This document shows positions 31,104-42,239 of a stretch of DNA of 64,000 nt, piece by piece (position 1 is the stretch's first letter; every line of letters starts with the position of its first letter). This DNA is from Gammaproteobacteria bacterium. Lineage in GTDB: Bacteria; Pseudomonadota; Gammaproteobacteria; Ga0077536. Location: contig CAXXLL010000003.1 of the NCBI GenBank assembly GCA_963662545.2, positions 2,880,001-2,944,000 on the forward strand. The letters are read 5' to 3'. The position numbers and the translations under genes are program-made. Below the pieces are notes generated by a model, which worked only from the letters and a program-made list of their open reading frames with translations, did no database searches and was not told the origin of the DNA.

Positions 31104-31214
31104 GATGGCTTCCTCCCAGGTTGGTCCAAGTGTAAGGGCTGATGATGTCAGATGATTGCGGGTTAAGCATAACAGCGAAATCGTCTCGACCGATGTTTTT
31201 CGAAGGGCGTGTTG

Positions 31215-31463
31215 CCGCCACCAACGCGATTGAGAGTCTGCACAGCCAGGTGAAAGAGCATTCGAAACAAGAGCCACTTCGCCAATGGTGAAGCTGCTAC
31301 CAAGCTGATCTGCTGGCATTGCGCTACATCACCGCGAAGTGGAAGAATCCACCGGTCGCTTGGCGCAAGGCGAAGGCGCAGTTCGCGATCCAATTTGGAG
31401 AACGATTTACCCTGTACGATTGATCAACCCAACTGGCTCATACACAAAATTCCTGACACCACC
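31215..31463 (+). pseudogene. IS256-family transposase 3' remnant with right end
   Basis: TNAIESLHSQV...SHFANGEAATKLI / ALRYITAKWKNPPVAWRKAKAQFAIQFGERF; end TACACAAAATTCCTGACAC. Confidence 0.75.
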
Positions 31464-31464
31464 A

Positions 31465-31584
31465 ATGCGTAGTAATTACCGTGGTCGCGCAGGTGAGGAG
31501 TTTCGTTCATGGGACCCGTCGGCCTGAAGCGATAGGGGGGATCTCCCAACGCCGTCGGCGTTTGGCTTAAGTACCTATGGGTCT
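31465..31584. repeat. ~120-bp imperfect repeat, copy 2
   Basis: See copy 1 at 30337. Confidence 0.7.
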
Positions 31585-31789
31585 CGTTGTCTCACTTGTT
31601 GGGGCCTGCGCGCGAGGCGTCAAGGTCTGACACCCTGACGCCGCCGTACTGTGCAGGGCTCCGGTTGGTTAGCGTACGGGCATGACAACCTTCACTTGAC
31701 GGGCGGGGTAATCCATGGATATTCGGTGGCCTTCAACGCACGCGAATATGCTGTGACAGAAAAGATCAAACCATAACGCCTCGAATAGT

Positions 31790-31993
31790 ATGACCTTGAG
31801 AGTCCTCATCCCATTACTGCTGTCACTCTGCATCGGTACAGCCCATTCGGAGACCCTCATCGGGCATCCTCGCGTAGTGGATGCAGATACGCTGGCGTTC
31901 GACAAAGGGCGGGTTCGGATCGAGGGTATTGACGCGCCGGAAGCGAAACAAACATGCAGGGACGCCGCCGGCAAGGAATATCTGTGCGGGGAG
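31790..31993 (+). pseudogene. secreted thermonuclease (SNase) truncated by IS6
   Basis: Signal peptide, RVVDADTL, RVRIEGIDAPE, QTC...YLCG, then IS6 IR GGTTCTGTCAG. Confidence 0.8.
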
Positions 31994-32280
31994 GGTTCTG
32001 TCAGGTTGGCGCCGGATCGCGGACAATTAACGCATGACAGAAGCTCCTAATTATCGCGGATATCGATTTCCGCCTGAAATCATCGCGCGGTCGGTGTGGT
32101 TGTACCCTCGTTTTACGCTCAGCTTTCGCGATATCGAAGACCTTTTAGCCGAGCGCGGCGTGACGGTTTCGTATGAAACTATCCGCCAGTGGTGTCTGAC
32201 GTTTGGACCCGATTACGCTCGCCGAATTAGGCAACATCAGGGGCCTTGCGGCGACTGTTGGTTTCTCGATAAGGTCGTCG
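31994..32280 (+). mobile_element. IS6-family element 5' fragment (distinct subfamily)
   Basis: IR GGTTCTGTCAGGTT; YRGYRFPPEII...LSFRDIEDLLAERGVTVSYETIRQWC. Confidence 0.85.
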
Positions 32281-33476
32281 TGTCGCTGGCGAATTAATCG
32301 TCACGCCGCCGCCGGTAGCTGATAGAGGCCCCCGCAGTAGCTTTCCCATCGGTAGTTATTGAGGCGAACGAGCCGATTTTTCGTTGCGACCGTGAGCGCA
32401 TACGGTGTAGCACCACTCAACACTCGGTGAACGCGCATGCGATTGTAATATTCCTGAAAATCACGAAGCTTCTGTTGCAGATCACGGGCGTTCCAGAACG
32501 GTACGAAATCGAGGAATTCGCGCCGGACGGTGCCGGCCAGTCTCTCAATGAACGGATGAGATAAAGGGACGTAGGGGACAGTCTTAATCTCGGTTACTTC
32601 CAGAACCCGAAGGTTCGTCTTCCAGCGATGGAATTCGAACAACGGATCGTTGTCACTGCTGAGATAGCGGGGTAGGACTCCTGATCCAGCAGTCGCCTCG
32701 TTGAACATGCAGCAGACCGCGGATCCATCGACCACCCCTGCGTGAATGGCGAAGCCAATAATCCGCCGAGTGAACTGGTCCATCACCACCATCACCCAAT
32801 GGGTCTTGAGGATCAGCGATTCGCATCGAAACAGGTCGACGCTCCAGAGGCTGTCTTTTATGTGCCCGAGGAACGTCAGCCAACTCGGGCCACCAGAGCG
32901 AGGCCCAGGATGGTGTTGCTTGGCCAGTACGCGGCGCACCACATCCTTATCAATCACGACGCCGAAGATAAACGAAATCTGCTCGGCGATCCGCCGGCAG
33001 CCAAAGCGTGGATTGTTTCGTTTCATCTCAACGATGGCAGCAATCAGCTCGGGGGAAGGTCCTTTCGGACCCGGCTTTCCACGGTGTTTAGGCGTAAACA
33101 GCAATCGATATTTGCGCTTCACGAGGGCTCGATGAAAGCCGATGATGGTAGACGGTTTCAGCACGACAGCCGTGCGTACGAGCCGGGCCGGGCGCATGAA
33201 GCAAGCACACAGTCCAGCTATGAATCGGTCCATGGGGCGCAGGTTCGGCGCTCGCCCGCGCGGGCGATTAAGAACCAGTAGTTGATATTTGACCAGGAGC
33301 GATTCTGCGACCACAGATCGGACGCCGCCAGGCCCCAGCAATTTGGCGACCGTCACAATGAAGTGGATAAATAGGAAAACCCCGTCTCGCATCCCACTAT
33401 CGTATCCAGCAGGGCGATACTGACAAGACTAGGAAATTGCACGCTTTCTGTTCAGAATTGGAATTCGCCACCCACA
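32281..33476 (-). mobile_element. IS481-like element with integrase-core transposase (CDS 32301-33392)
   Basis: Ends TGTCGCTGGCGAATT / AATTCGCCACCCACA; NPRFGCRRI, VDLF...MDQFTRRI, SDND, PFIERLAGTVRRE, YYNRMRVH. Confidence 0.8.
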
Positions 33477-33772
33477 GGTCGAGGATCGTCAGATTTGCGG
33501 TCAGTGGCTCAATAATAGAGCAGAAAACTCACACCAACCGTTCCGGCGACGGGAAGGAGCGATGGCCAGGTTCAGGGACATCAAGACCCTCCAGAAGTTT
33601 GCTGCCGCCCGCGCCTCGATCCACAATCATTTCAATCAGGAACGTCATCTTTATAACCGCGAAACCTTCAAACTCAATCGCTCCGCCGCCTTGGCCGAGT
33701 GGCGTCAACTTGCAGCCTGAGCGTCCTCGGTTGTTGGCTCTAATGCTCCGATCAAGTTAGTCTGACAATGCC
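33477..33772 (+). mobile_element. IS6 3' fragment
   Basis: NNRAENSHQPFRRRE coding, ends TCTGACAATGCC. Confidence 0.88.
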
Positions 33773-33935
33773 TCTCATGGTGCTCCCCGTGATCGAGGCC
33801 AGGGATTTCCAGATAGCGTTCCGGCGCCGCCGCGGCGCGTTCGCGCCCCACGCGGTTCTCCCCCGCTGGTATCCCGATTTTCCATCATGCATCGTCGTCG
33901 CATTCGTAGAGCCAGATGACATCGTCCATACGACA
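33773..33935 (-). pseudogene. fragment of hypothetical gene (UPF0158-like)
   Basis: DDVIWLYE...*...ERAAAAPERYLEIPGLDHGEHHE cut by IS6. Confidence 0.35.
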
Positions 33936-34038
33936 GTCGGGTGGTACCTCAGTTTGAAATCTCGCCTGTAATCGTACGACCTTAAATTCCGATCTGATTT
34001 CCTATATGCTTGCCGGTAAGCAATCGGAGGGCGTTTGT

Positions 34039-34251
34039 GTGACGGAAGAAAAGAAACGTAACCGCAAAAGCTTTGATGCACTCAAGAGTCAAGATTTCAC
34101 TATACGCGATGAAAATGGTCTTGTTGGACATCTTCGGGTCAAACCTAACGGAATTGCATGGAAAGCAAAAAACCAACGTACATATAACCAAATTTCGATT
34201 GAGCAGTTTGCCGAATTTGCCACTCGAGAAGGACGCACGGTAAAGAGTTGA
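34039..34251 (+). CDS. small hypothetical protein
   Basis: GGAGG RBS, GTG start, AT-rich 70-aa ORF (TEEKKRNRKSFD...GHLRVKPNGIAWK). Confidence 0.6.
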   Translation: MTEEKKRNRKSFDALKSQDFTIRDENGLVGHLRVKPNGIAWKAKNQRTYNQISIEQFAEFATREGRTVKS

Positions 34252-34269
34252 TGCCCAAAGGACCCCAAG

Positions 34270-34812
34270 GGCATTGTCAGACTAACTTGCTCGGAGCAGT
34301 AGAGCCAACAATCGAGGACTCTCAGGCTACAAGTTGACGCCACTCGGCCAAGGCGGCGGAGCGATTGAGTTTGAAGGTTTCGCGGTTATAAAGATGACGT
34401 TCCTGATTGAAATGATTGTGGATCGAGGCGTGGGCGGCAGCACATTTCTGCACGGTCTTGATGTCCCTGAACCTGGCCATCGCTCCTTCCCGTCGCCGGA
34501 ACGGTTGGTGTGAGTTTTCGGCTCGATTGTTGAGCCACTGACCGCAAATCTGAGCGGCGGCATTACCGATCACATTCATCGCAGCCCGGTATGATTTGAG
34601 CCGGTCCGTCACGATCACCTTTGGCCGGCCGTAGCGCTTCATTGCGCGTTTCAGAAACCTCAGTGCAGCCTTGCAATCCCGCTGTTTCGTGGCAAAAACT
34701 TCGAGTACCTCCCCTTCGTGATCGACAACGCGCCATAGATAATGTATCTCGCCGTTGACCCGGACAAACACCTCATCAAGATGCCAGCGCCAGTTCGAAT
34801 AGGATCCATGAT
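34270..34812 (-). mobile_element. IS6 copy, 5'-truncated by the adjacent IS6
   Basis: IR GGCATTGTCAG at 34270; [12 protein letters not shown]... Confidence 0.9.
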
Positions 34813-35617
34813 GGCATTGTCAGACTAACTGGGTCGGACCGGTAGAACCTGCAATCGAGGCCTTTTAGGCTGTAAGTTGACACCACTCAGCCAGGGCAGC
34901 GGCTCGGGCTTGTTTGAAAATAGCGCGGCGGTTGAGGTGGCGTTGGTGGTTGAAATGGTTATAGATCGAGGCATGGACGGCGGCGAATTTCTGTAGGGTC
35001 TTGATGTCTCTGAAGCGCGCCATTGCCCCTTCCCGCCTTCGAAAGAGCTGATGTGAGTGTTCTGCCCGGTTGTTCAGCCAACGCCTGGTCTCTTGGCAAC
35101 CTTCGTTGCCGATCACCTTCATCGCAGCACGGTATGACTGTAGCCTGTCCGTGACGATCGAAGCCGGCCGGCCATAACGCTTCATCGTACGCTTCAGGAA
35201 CTCAAGCGCAGCCTTGCGGTCCCGCCGTTTCGTCACAAAAACCTCAAGGACTTCGCCTTCATGGTCAACGGCACGCCATAGGTAATGTGTCTTTCCGTTG
35301 ATGCGGACAAACACTTCATCAAGGTGCCAGCGCCAGTTCGAATAGGATCCATGATGAATGCGGCGTGTCCGGATCTCGGCTGCAAACAGTGGACCAAAGC
35401 GGTTCCACCAATACCGCACGGTCTCATAGCAGATGTCGATGCCGCGCTCGAACAGGATGTCTTCGACTTGGCGCAACGACAGCGGATAACGGATGTATAG
35501 CATCACCGCGAGGCGGATTACCTCGGGCGAACTGTTGAAATAACGGAAAGGATTGTGCATCACCGGAGGCTACGAGGTCTTATTTTTCAGCTCAAGCCGA
35601 TTTACTCTGACAATGCC
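34813..35617 (-). mobile_element. IS6 element, intact transposase 34865-35563
   Basis: Both IRs GGCATTGTCAG; WHLDEV, IVTD, NNRAE. Confidence 0.95.
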
Positions 35618-35898
35618 TTCTGGACATACCCGCGATGCTTTCCTTTTGTTTTCAGGTAGAAAATGATCGCGGTCAGGTTGCCCTGTTCAATAGCCTGCAG
35701 GAGCTTGTCCTCGGTCAGATCGACCGTGCTATCGGCGATTTCCGCGTCAATCGCCTGCAGTTTCGGATGGCGGTTGATGTATCGCGTGATCGTACTCCGA
35801 TCGCAGCCCAATAGCTCAGCCGCCGCCGTCTTAATGCCGGCAGTCTGGCGCAACGCGTCCGCAACGCGCCTCACTGTGAATCGTGGTTTGCCAGCCAT
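35618..35898 (-). pseudogene. phage terminase small-subunit-like HTH protein, 3'-truncated by IS6
   Basis: TAAAELLGCDRSTITRY...EDKLLQAI...TAIIFYLKTKGKHRGY. Confidence 0.6.
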
Positions 35899-36232
35899 TC
35901 TTTTAGGGCGTGAATTATGCGGCAGAATGCCGCCTCGTTTTGCCGCCGGCGTACGCCCTAATTCGGGCGGACTGTCGAACAATTACTAAACCGCTTCACG
36001 CCACGATATGTTGTGTCTTCACCTCGGTGTTCCCCGTCATGACCTGTAGGACAGATCGAGGTGATTGAGTAAGGGAGTGTTTCTGACCCGTCGTGGAAAT
36101 TGTTAGTCGGCGCGCGGATTCTACGCCAATCGGCACGCTAACCAATTGATAGAGCTTGATGGCGAGAGGTTGAAGTTCAGTGCCCAGCAACAGGTATCAT
36201 TTCTCGCGGCCACACAGGGAGATCGTCACAAC

Positions 36233-36345
36233 ATGAATAACGGCGATTTGAACTGGATCACGAGCCACATCTGGAGCATTGCTGATGACGTTCTCCGCGA
36301 CCTGTATGTGCGCGATAAATATCGCGACGCCATCCTTCCAATGAG
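36233..36345 (+). pseudogene. hsdM: type I restriction-modification HsdM N-terminal fragment
   Basis: LNWITSHIWSIADDVLRDLYVRDKYRDAILPM. Confidence 0.75.
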
Positions 36346-36586
36346 AATTATTGGACTTGCTTGACAGCCTAAGCGATATTGCTGAGGTGCACGTCTGACT
36401 CTACCGCGCCCATGAGGCGGCCCCAGACCGCAAAATCGATACCTATAACAACAATACTTCTCCGAGCATGGCTCTGTATCGCATAAGAATTCTTCATTGG
36501 CGGTGATACCAGATGCACCCCACATAGATCGGCCAGTCAGGCAGCAGATTGGCGAAGGGTTGATACCACCGCGTCGACTCGAGGAA

Positions 36587-37564
36587 ATGAACGTGTATGT
36601 AGCCTCAAAGGTCCGGCATTTGGGTTCATGGTTCGCTTTGGGAGCCGTGCTCGCCGTTGCGGCCAGTGTCCCAGAAAATACAGCCGCGCAAGAGGTGAAG
36701 AAGTCGGGATCGGGAATATGTCATTGTCCGGGCGGGCAGTTCTACGATCGCACAACCAACTACACGCCATTCGAAAGCATTGATGCATGCCTCGCCAGTG
36801 GCGGGCGCGAGCCGCAGCGCGGCCAAGGCACTTGCTCCTCGGTGCCTGCCACCGATTCCCCTGACACGAGTACTGGCACCGACAACGCCTCCACGGACGT
36901 GGTAAAGAAGTCCCAATCGGGCATTTGCCACTGTCCAGGCGGGCAGTTTTATGGCCGCACAACCAATTTCACCGCGTTCAATACCATTGGCGCCTGCCTC
37001 GAAAATGGGGGGCGCGAACCGCAGCGCGGCCAGGGCACTTGCTCGACCGAACCGACCAACGAGCCCACCGCCATGCTCATTCCGGGCAGCTATGACCGCA
37101 ATATTTTCGGAGGATGGAGCGACGATGACGGCGACTGCCAAAACACCCGGCACGAGCGGCTCATCGACCGTTCGCTCGATGTTGTCGAGCTCTCCGACGA
37201 CGGCTGCCTGGCGGTCTCCGGACGCTGGAACGATCCCTACACGGGCAACACGTACGCCGCCGCGCACGAACTGGACATCGATCATGTGGTTCCGCTGTTC
37301 TATGCTTGGGAACGTGGGGCTCGTCTCTGGGAGTCGGAAAAGCAGCGACGATTTGCGAATGACCCTGCAAACCTCTTGCCCGTTGGCACGACGGTCAACC
37401 GCTCGAAGGGAACCGCTGGACCGCTGGAATGGCTACCGCCTGCTGAGGAGTTTGGCTGCGAATACCTGCTGCGTTTCTCCCGTGTGATTGAACGGTACGA
37501 CTTGACACTTCCCCTTGACGAAGTAGACGCCTTAGAGTTGCTAGCTGCCGAAAAGTGCGATTGA
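36587..37564 (+). CDS. secreted DUF1524/HNH-type nuclease with two Cys-rich repeats
   Basis: Signal peptide; 2x VKKS.SGICHCPGGQFY.RTTN...C...GGREPQRGQGTC; YDRNIFGGW, DIDHVVPL, FANDPANL, NRSKG, WLPP. Confidence 0.85.
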   Translation: MNVYVASKVRHLGSWFALGAVLAVAASVPENTAAQEVKKSGSGICHCPGGQFYDRTTNYTPFESIDACLASGGREPQRGQGTCSSVPATDSPDTSTGTDNASTDVVKKSQSGICHCPGGQFYGRTTNFTAFNTIGACLENGGREPQRGQGTCSTEPTNEPTAMLIPGSYDRNIFGGWSDDDGDCQNTRHERLIDRSLDVVELSDDGCLAVSGRWNDPYTGNTYAAAHELDIDHVVPLFYAWERGARLWESEKQRRFANDPANLLPVGTTVNRSKGTAGPLEWLPPAEEFGCEYLLRFSRVIERYDLTLPLDEVDALELLAAEKCD

Positions 37565-37697
37565 TGGGTCCCAAGTGACGCCAGACACCGAGAGTAGCCC
37601 GCACGCTGGTCTCTGCGAGAGACCTCGTTTCATCGCAACAGCGACTTGGCAGTGACGCACCGGCACACTCACCACTTTTTTCGTGATCTCCTTCATC

Positions 37698-38502
37698 GGC
37701 ATTGTCAGACGAACTCGATCTGACCAGTAGAGCCAACAATCGAGGTCTCTCAGGCTGCAAGTTGACGCCACTCGGCCAAAGCGGCGGAGCGATTGAGTTT
37801 GAAGGTTTCGCGGTTATAAAGATGACGTTCCTGGTTGAAATGATTGTGGATGGAGGCGTGGGCGGCAGCAAACTTCTGGAGGGTCTTGATGTCTCTGAAC
37901 CTGGCCATCGCTCCTGCTCGTCGGCGGAACGGTTGGTGTGAGTTTTCTGCTCTATTGTTGAGCCACTGACCGCAAATCTGACGACCCTCGACCCCAATGA
38001 CTTTCATCGCGGCACCGTAGGAACCTAGGCAGTCGGTCACGATTGCTTCTGGCCCGCCGTAGCGCTTCATTGTACGCTTGAGGAACTTCAGTGCAGCCCT
38101 GCGATCCCGGCGCTTTGTGGCGAAGACTTCAAGCACCTCACCTTCGTGATCGACGGCGCGCCAGAGGTAGTGCATCTCTCCGTTGATCCGTATGAATACT
38201 TCGTCCAGATGCCATCGCCACTGCGAGTATGACCGATGATAAATGCGCCGCTTCCTGATCTCTGCGGCGAACATTGGCCCAAACCGGTTCCACCACAAAC
38301 GCACCGTCTCGTGACAAATATCGATGCCACGTTCGAACAGAATGTCTTCAACTTGGCGCAACGACAGCGGATAGCGGATGTACATCATCACCGCGAGGCG
38401 AATGACCTCGGGCGATGTCTTGAAGTACTTGAAAGGATTTTTCATTCGGAGACCCTAGACGGCATACTCCCTACACTCAACGCTGTTTCCTCTGACAATG
38501 CC
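37698..38502 (-). mobile_element. IS6 element, intact transposase 37750-38445
   Basis: Both IRs, full DDE ORF. Confidence 0.95.
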
Positions 38503-38852
38503 CGACGGACTAAGCGACGACACCAGGACCAGAACGATAACCAACCAGTAGTGTCGTATGAGCGATTCGCTAAGACCGTGCATGGATTGCATGGTCTGGA
38601 ACCCGAAGAGAGGGGGCCACAGAAAATTCGGTCACATTCGTGCGCGGTTTCCCTCAACTGGGTCTCCAACCAGACAGATCGGGGATGCCTGCAGCGAGCA
38701 TCCTCGACCCTCGTCATTTCGGCCAGTAGCGGGAAGCGGCTTGTTAGTCTTCTTCGCCGATAGCAATCATCCCAAGGTCTTACATAAAGGACCAACGAAG
38801 CCCGTCAATATTTCTCCTGGCCTCTCGTCAAGAATTCCTACGATTTGGCAGT

Positions 38853-40169
38853 TCACTTTGACTTAACTGCGTTGTCTCTGTTTGCTGTTATGGTTTTCTC
38901 GTTCATCAAATCAAAAATACAAAATTGTTGGACGTACCATTTGTCATCATCTGTTGGCATCCCGATCTCATCTTCCATATTCTCTCTAAACGCCATCATC
39001 CCGAACTCTCCTTGAACTTCACCCCTAAGTGTTTTCCCATTCATCCTGACGACGGCGTCCGCACGTGCCACCGTTCCTTGCCGAACAGAGAGTATCTCAA
39101 ACGCCGTGAGTGCGACGAACTCCGTATCATTCCGCAATTGTCCTGCCAATTGGTTGATCGGGGTTTGTGTTTTGTTCAGCGCACGTTTTGCCATTCCCCC
39201 AAAGTTGCGATCTTTCCAGCTAAGCAGAAATTTAAAAAATGCAAACTCGGGAGTGTTCTCGCCAAGATTTTCGTCAAATGGCCCAAAGGTTTCCGCAGGC
39301 GTAAACGCCTCCATTACGCGTTTATCAGCTTCTGCTTTACGGACCTGGGTTGCTAAATCTTTGAAGTTAAAATTGGCTTTCTCCTTGTGCGCACGCATGC
39401 GATCTTCTTCACTGGATTTATCGTAAGCCCAATCCACTAGTGAGATCATCAAAAGCCAGGCTTTCATGCACACGGTACGATTTGCGTAGCCTAATGATTG
39501 ACCGTGTAAGATGCCGTTGCGGAGAGGTAGCGTTAGCTCGTCGTCGGACGATTTTCGTACCCCTTTGGTCACCAACTTAACGAGAGACGACAACGAGTTG
39601 ACATGGCCTGTGATTGAGTCAAATGCTGTGAGATCAGCATCTTTTGCAAACGGGCTTTTCCCCATGACATCCGAAGAAAATCCGTCACATGCTATTAGAA
39701 TCAGCGGAACCGCAGACATATACCTTTCTTCGAGGGTAAGTTTGAGCGCCTCACGAAGCTGTTCCCATCTATTCAACGCTTTGTTGAATTTCTTGGCGCG
39801 ATTAATCGCAAACAAATTGATTGTATCTTCCTCAAACCATAAAACGATTTCGTTTTCCGCTTCTAGTTCCTTACCCGCCTCATAGAGTTCTAGGGCCCTT
39901 CGCATTGTATTCGCCGACATCGAGCTGGTGGCGATCCATCCTTTCTCGGCAAATGCATCGTTGAATCGGTCCGGAATTGTCAATATATCGGATTGTTCAA
40001 GGGTGTCTGCTGAAGTTTTATAAATACTGTCTAGCCTTTCATTTTTTATTCCTAATTTCCGGAGTAACCCGGAGATAATTTTTGCCAGACGGATTACGGG
40101 TAAAAAATCTGACAACTCTTTCGCCGATGGATTGTCGGCGATACGTGGATTTTTTATCTCGTCGTTCAT
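38853..40169 (-). CDS. hypothetical protein with HEPN-like Rx4H motif
   Basis: 438-aa AT-rich ORF; YMSAVPLILIACDG...LRNGILHG. Confidence 0.65.
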   Translation of the reverse strand: MNDEIKNPRIADNPSAKELSDFLPVIRLAKIISGLLRKLGIKNERLDSIYKTSADTLEQSDILTIPDRFNDAFAEKGWIATSSMSANTMRRALELYEAGKELEAENEIVLWFEEDTINLFAINRAKKFNKALNRWEQLREALKLTLEERYMSAVPLILIACDGFSSDVMGKSPFAKDADLTAFDSITGHVNSLSSLVKLVTKGVRKSSDDELTLPLRNGILHGQSLGYANRTVCMKAWLLMISLVDWAYDKSSEEDRMRAHKEKANFNFKDLATQVRKAEADKRVMEAFTPAETFGPFDENLGENTPEFAFFKFLLSWKDRNFGGMAKRALNKTQTPINQLAGQLRNDTEFVALTAFEILSVRQGTVARADAVVRMNGKTLRGEVQGEFGMMAFRENMEDEIGMPTDDDKWYVQQFCIFDLMNEKTITANRDNAVKSK

Positions 40170-40182
40170 TTCATATTTCCTA

Positions 40183-40560
40183 TAGCCTGCCCTTAAACGC
40201 CCCTCACTTATCACGAGAGACCCGCAAGTTGATCATCATGGTTGTGATTTCACTCAAGCGCTCGGCGCTCGTCAGCTGGCGTCTTGTTCTCAAGCGATGA
40301 GTGCGGCCTGACGTTGTTGTAATCATAGCGGCCGAGCTTTTGGCATCCGGCCCGTGCGTTCTACCTCTTCCCCAGAAAGGCTGGTGTCGGCCACCAGGCC
40401 ACGGTTCTCGCGGGCGCAGTCGTCGTTGACCATAAAGGTGTGGAAATCGGACGAAGCGCCGAACCTGTCCGACAAACGGATATTGGGCCGTAGCGGCACT
40501 ATTATCAGTGCGCACGTGCCGCGCGCGTACTTGCGTCCCCGTCATCGCCGCACAGAAATG
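40183..40560 (-). pseudogene. heavily deleted IS3-family remnant
   Basis: LSDRFGAS...VNDDCARENRGLVADTSLSG and YNNVRPHSSLENKTPA; degenerate end near 40183-40219. Confidence 0.65.
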
Positions 40561-40744
40561 CCTTCTTGTGTAGCCGGCAGAGCTTTTTGTGGTTTATCGT
40601 CATTTCCTGTTATTAAAGCATCACACCGATCTGCCGACACCCAAACCGGTGGCGCTGACCTGCAATCTTTCGCATCTCCATTGCTGATCTCTCTCAGCAC
40701 GATTCGGACCCTTCTTCGCTTTTTGCGCGGCGCGGCCATTCGTT

Positions 40745-41556
40745 GGCATTGTCAGACTAACTTGATCGGACCAGTAGAGCCAACAATCGAGGTCTCTCAG
40801 GCTGCAAGTTGACGCCACTCGGCCAAAGCGGCGGAGCGATTGAGTTTGAAGTTCTCGCGATTGTAAAGATGACGTTCCTGGTTGAAATGATTGTGGATGG
40901 AGGCGTGGACGGCAGCAAACTTCTGGAGAGTCTTGATGTCTCTGAACCTAGCCATCGCTCCTTGCTGCTGCTCGTCGGCGGAACGGTTGGTGTGAGTTTT
41001 CGGCTCGATTGTTGCGCCACTGACCGCAAATCTGACGATCCTCGACCCCAATGACTTTCATCGTAGCACCGTAGGAACGTCGTCGGTCGGCCACGATTGT
41101 TCTTGGCCCGCCGTAGCGCTTCATTGCACGCTTCAGGAACTTCAGTGCAGCCCTGCGATCCCGACGCTTTGTGGCGAAGACTTCAAGCACCTCACCTTCG
41201 TGATCGACGGCGCGCCAGAGGTAATGCATCTCTCCGTTGATCCGTACGAACACCTCATCAAGATGCCAACGCCAGTTCGACCAGTCGCGCCGGTCTACGC
41301 GCCGCCTTCTGATCTCGCCAGCGAACACCGGAGCAAACCGATCCCACCAGTACCGCAGCGTCTCGTGGCAGATGTCGATGCCACGTTCGAACAGAATGTC
41401 TTCAACTTGGCGCAACGACAGCGGATAGCGGATGTACAACATCACCGCGAGGCGAATGCCCTCGGGAGAACTGTTGAAATAACGGAAGGGATTCCACATC
41501 GCTTGAGGCTACGGAACTCCCCTTCCCGGCTCAAGCCGATTTACTCTGATAATGCC
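40745..41556 (-). mobile_element. IS6 element, frameshifted (small insertion near 40965)
   Basis: Both IRs; ORF split 40948-41499 / 40797-41051. Confidence 0.92.
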
Positions 41557-41800
41557 CTGGGCGATGCCTTCTCGTCGGCACAGCTCGGCGATGCTGTCTT
41601 CGCCACGTAAACCGTCAAGCACTATGCGAATTTTCTCTTCCGCATTGTATTGCTTACGCGGCTTGCGTTTGATGTCCTTAATGATGTGTTCTGACGACGA
41701 TGACCGTCCTGCCGGTTTCTGTCTCATCTCAACTCCTCAGCTTGGATGAACAAAAACACACTCTTAATCCACAACTAAATCTGTTCCATAAGCGCTGACA
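41557..41800 (-). mobile_element. IS3-family left end and orfA fragment
   Basis: KRKPRKQYNAEEKIRIVLDGLRGEDSIAELCRREGIAQ; end TGTCAGCGCTTATGG. Confidence 0.8.
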
Positions 41801-41891
41801 TCAGACACGCGTAAGCCTACGATCCACTGACCACTGGCGGGCAAGCGTCGGCGACTGGCACCGCACACCGCTTGTGACCGCGCTTCGTGGA

Positions 41892-42239
41892 TCAGCCGCG
41901 GGAAGAGAGTGCAAGCCGGCTTCCCGCATCGCCGATATCCGGCCCGCCGAGCCACTCGTCGAGCTTCGACCAGCGCCGCCGCCCCGAGACATTGCGCACG
42001 GCGATGGCCACCGCCTTTTTCTGTCCGACCAGCACCACCAGCCGTTTGCCGCGCGTCACGCCGGTGTAGAGCAGGTTCCGCTGCAGCATCACGTAGTGCT
42101 GCGTTAGGACAGGAATGACGACGGCGGGATATTCCGAACCCTGGCTCTTGTGGATGGTCACAGCGTAGGCCGGCATCAGCGTGTCGAGCTCGCCGAAACC
42201 ATAGGCGACGCCGCGCCCGTCGAAACGCGCAGTCAGCTG
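41892..42239 (-). pseudogene. RecD2-like helicase C-terminal fragment
   Basis: [15 protein letters not shown]...[12 protein letters not shown]. Confidence 0.85.
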
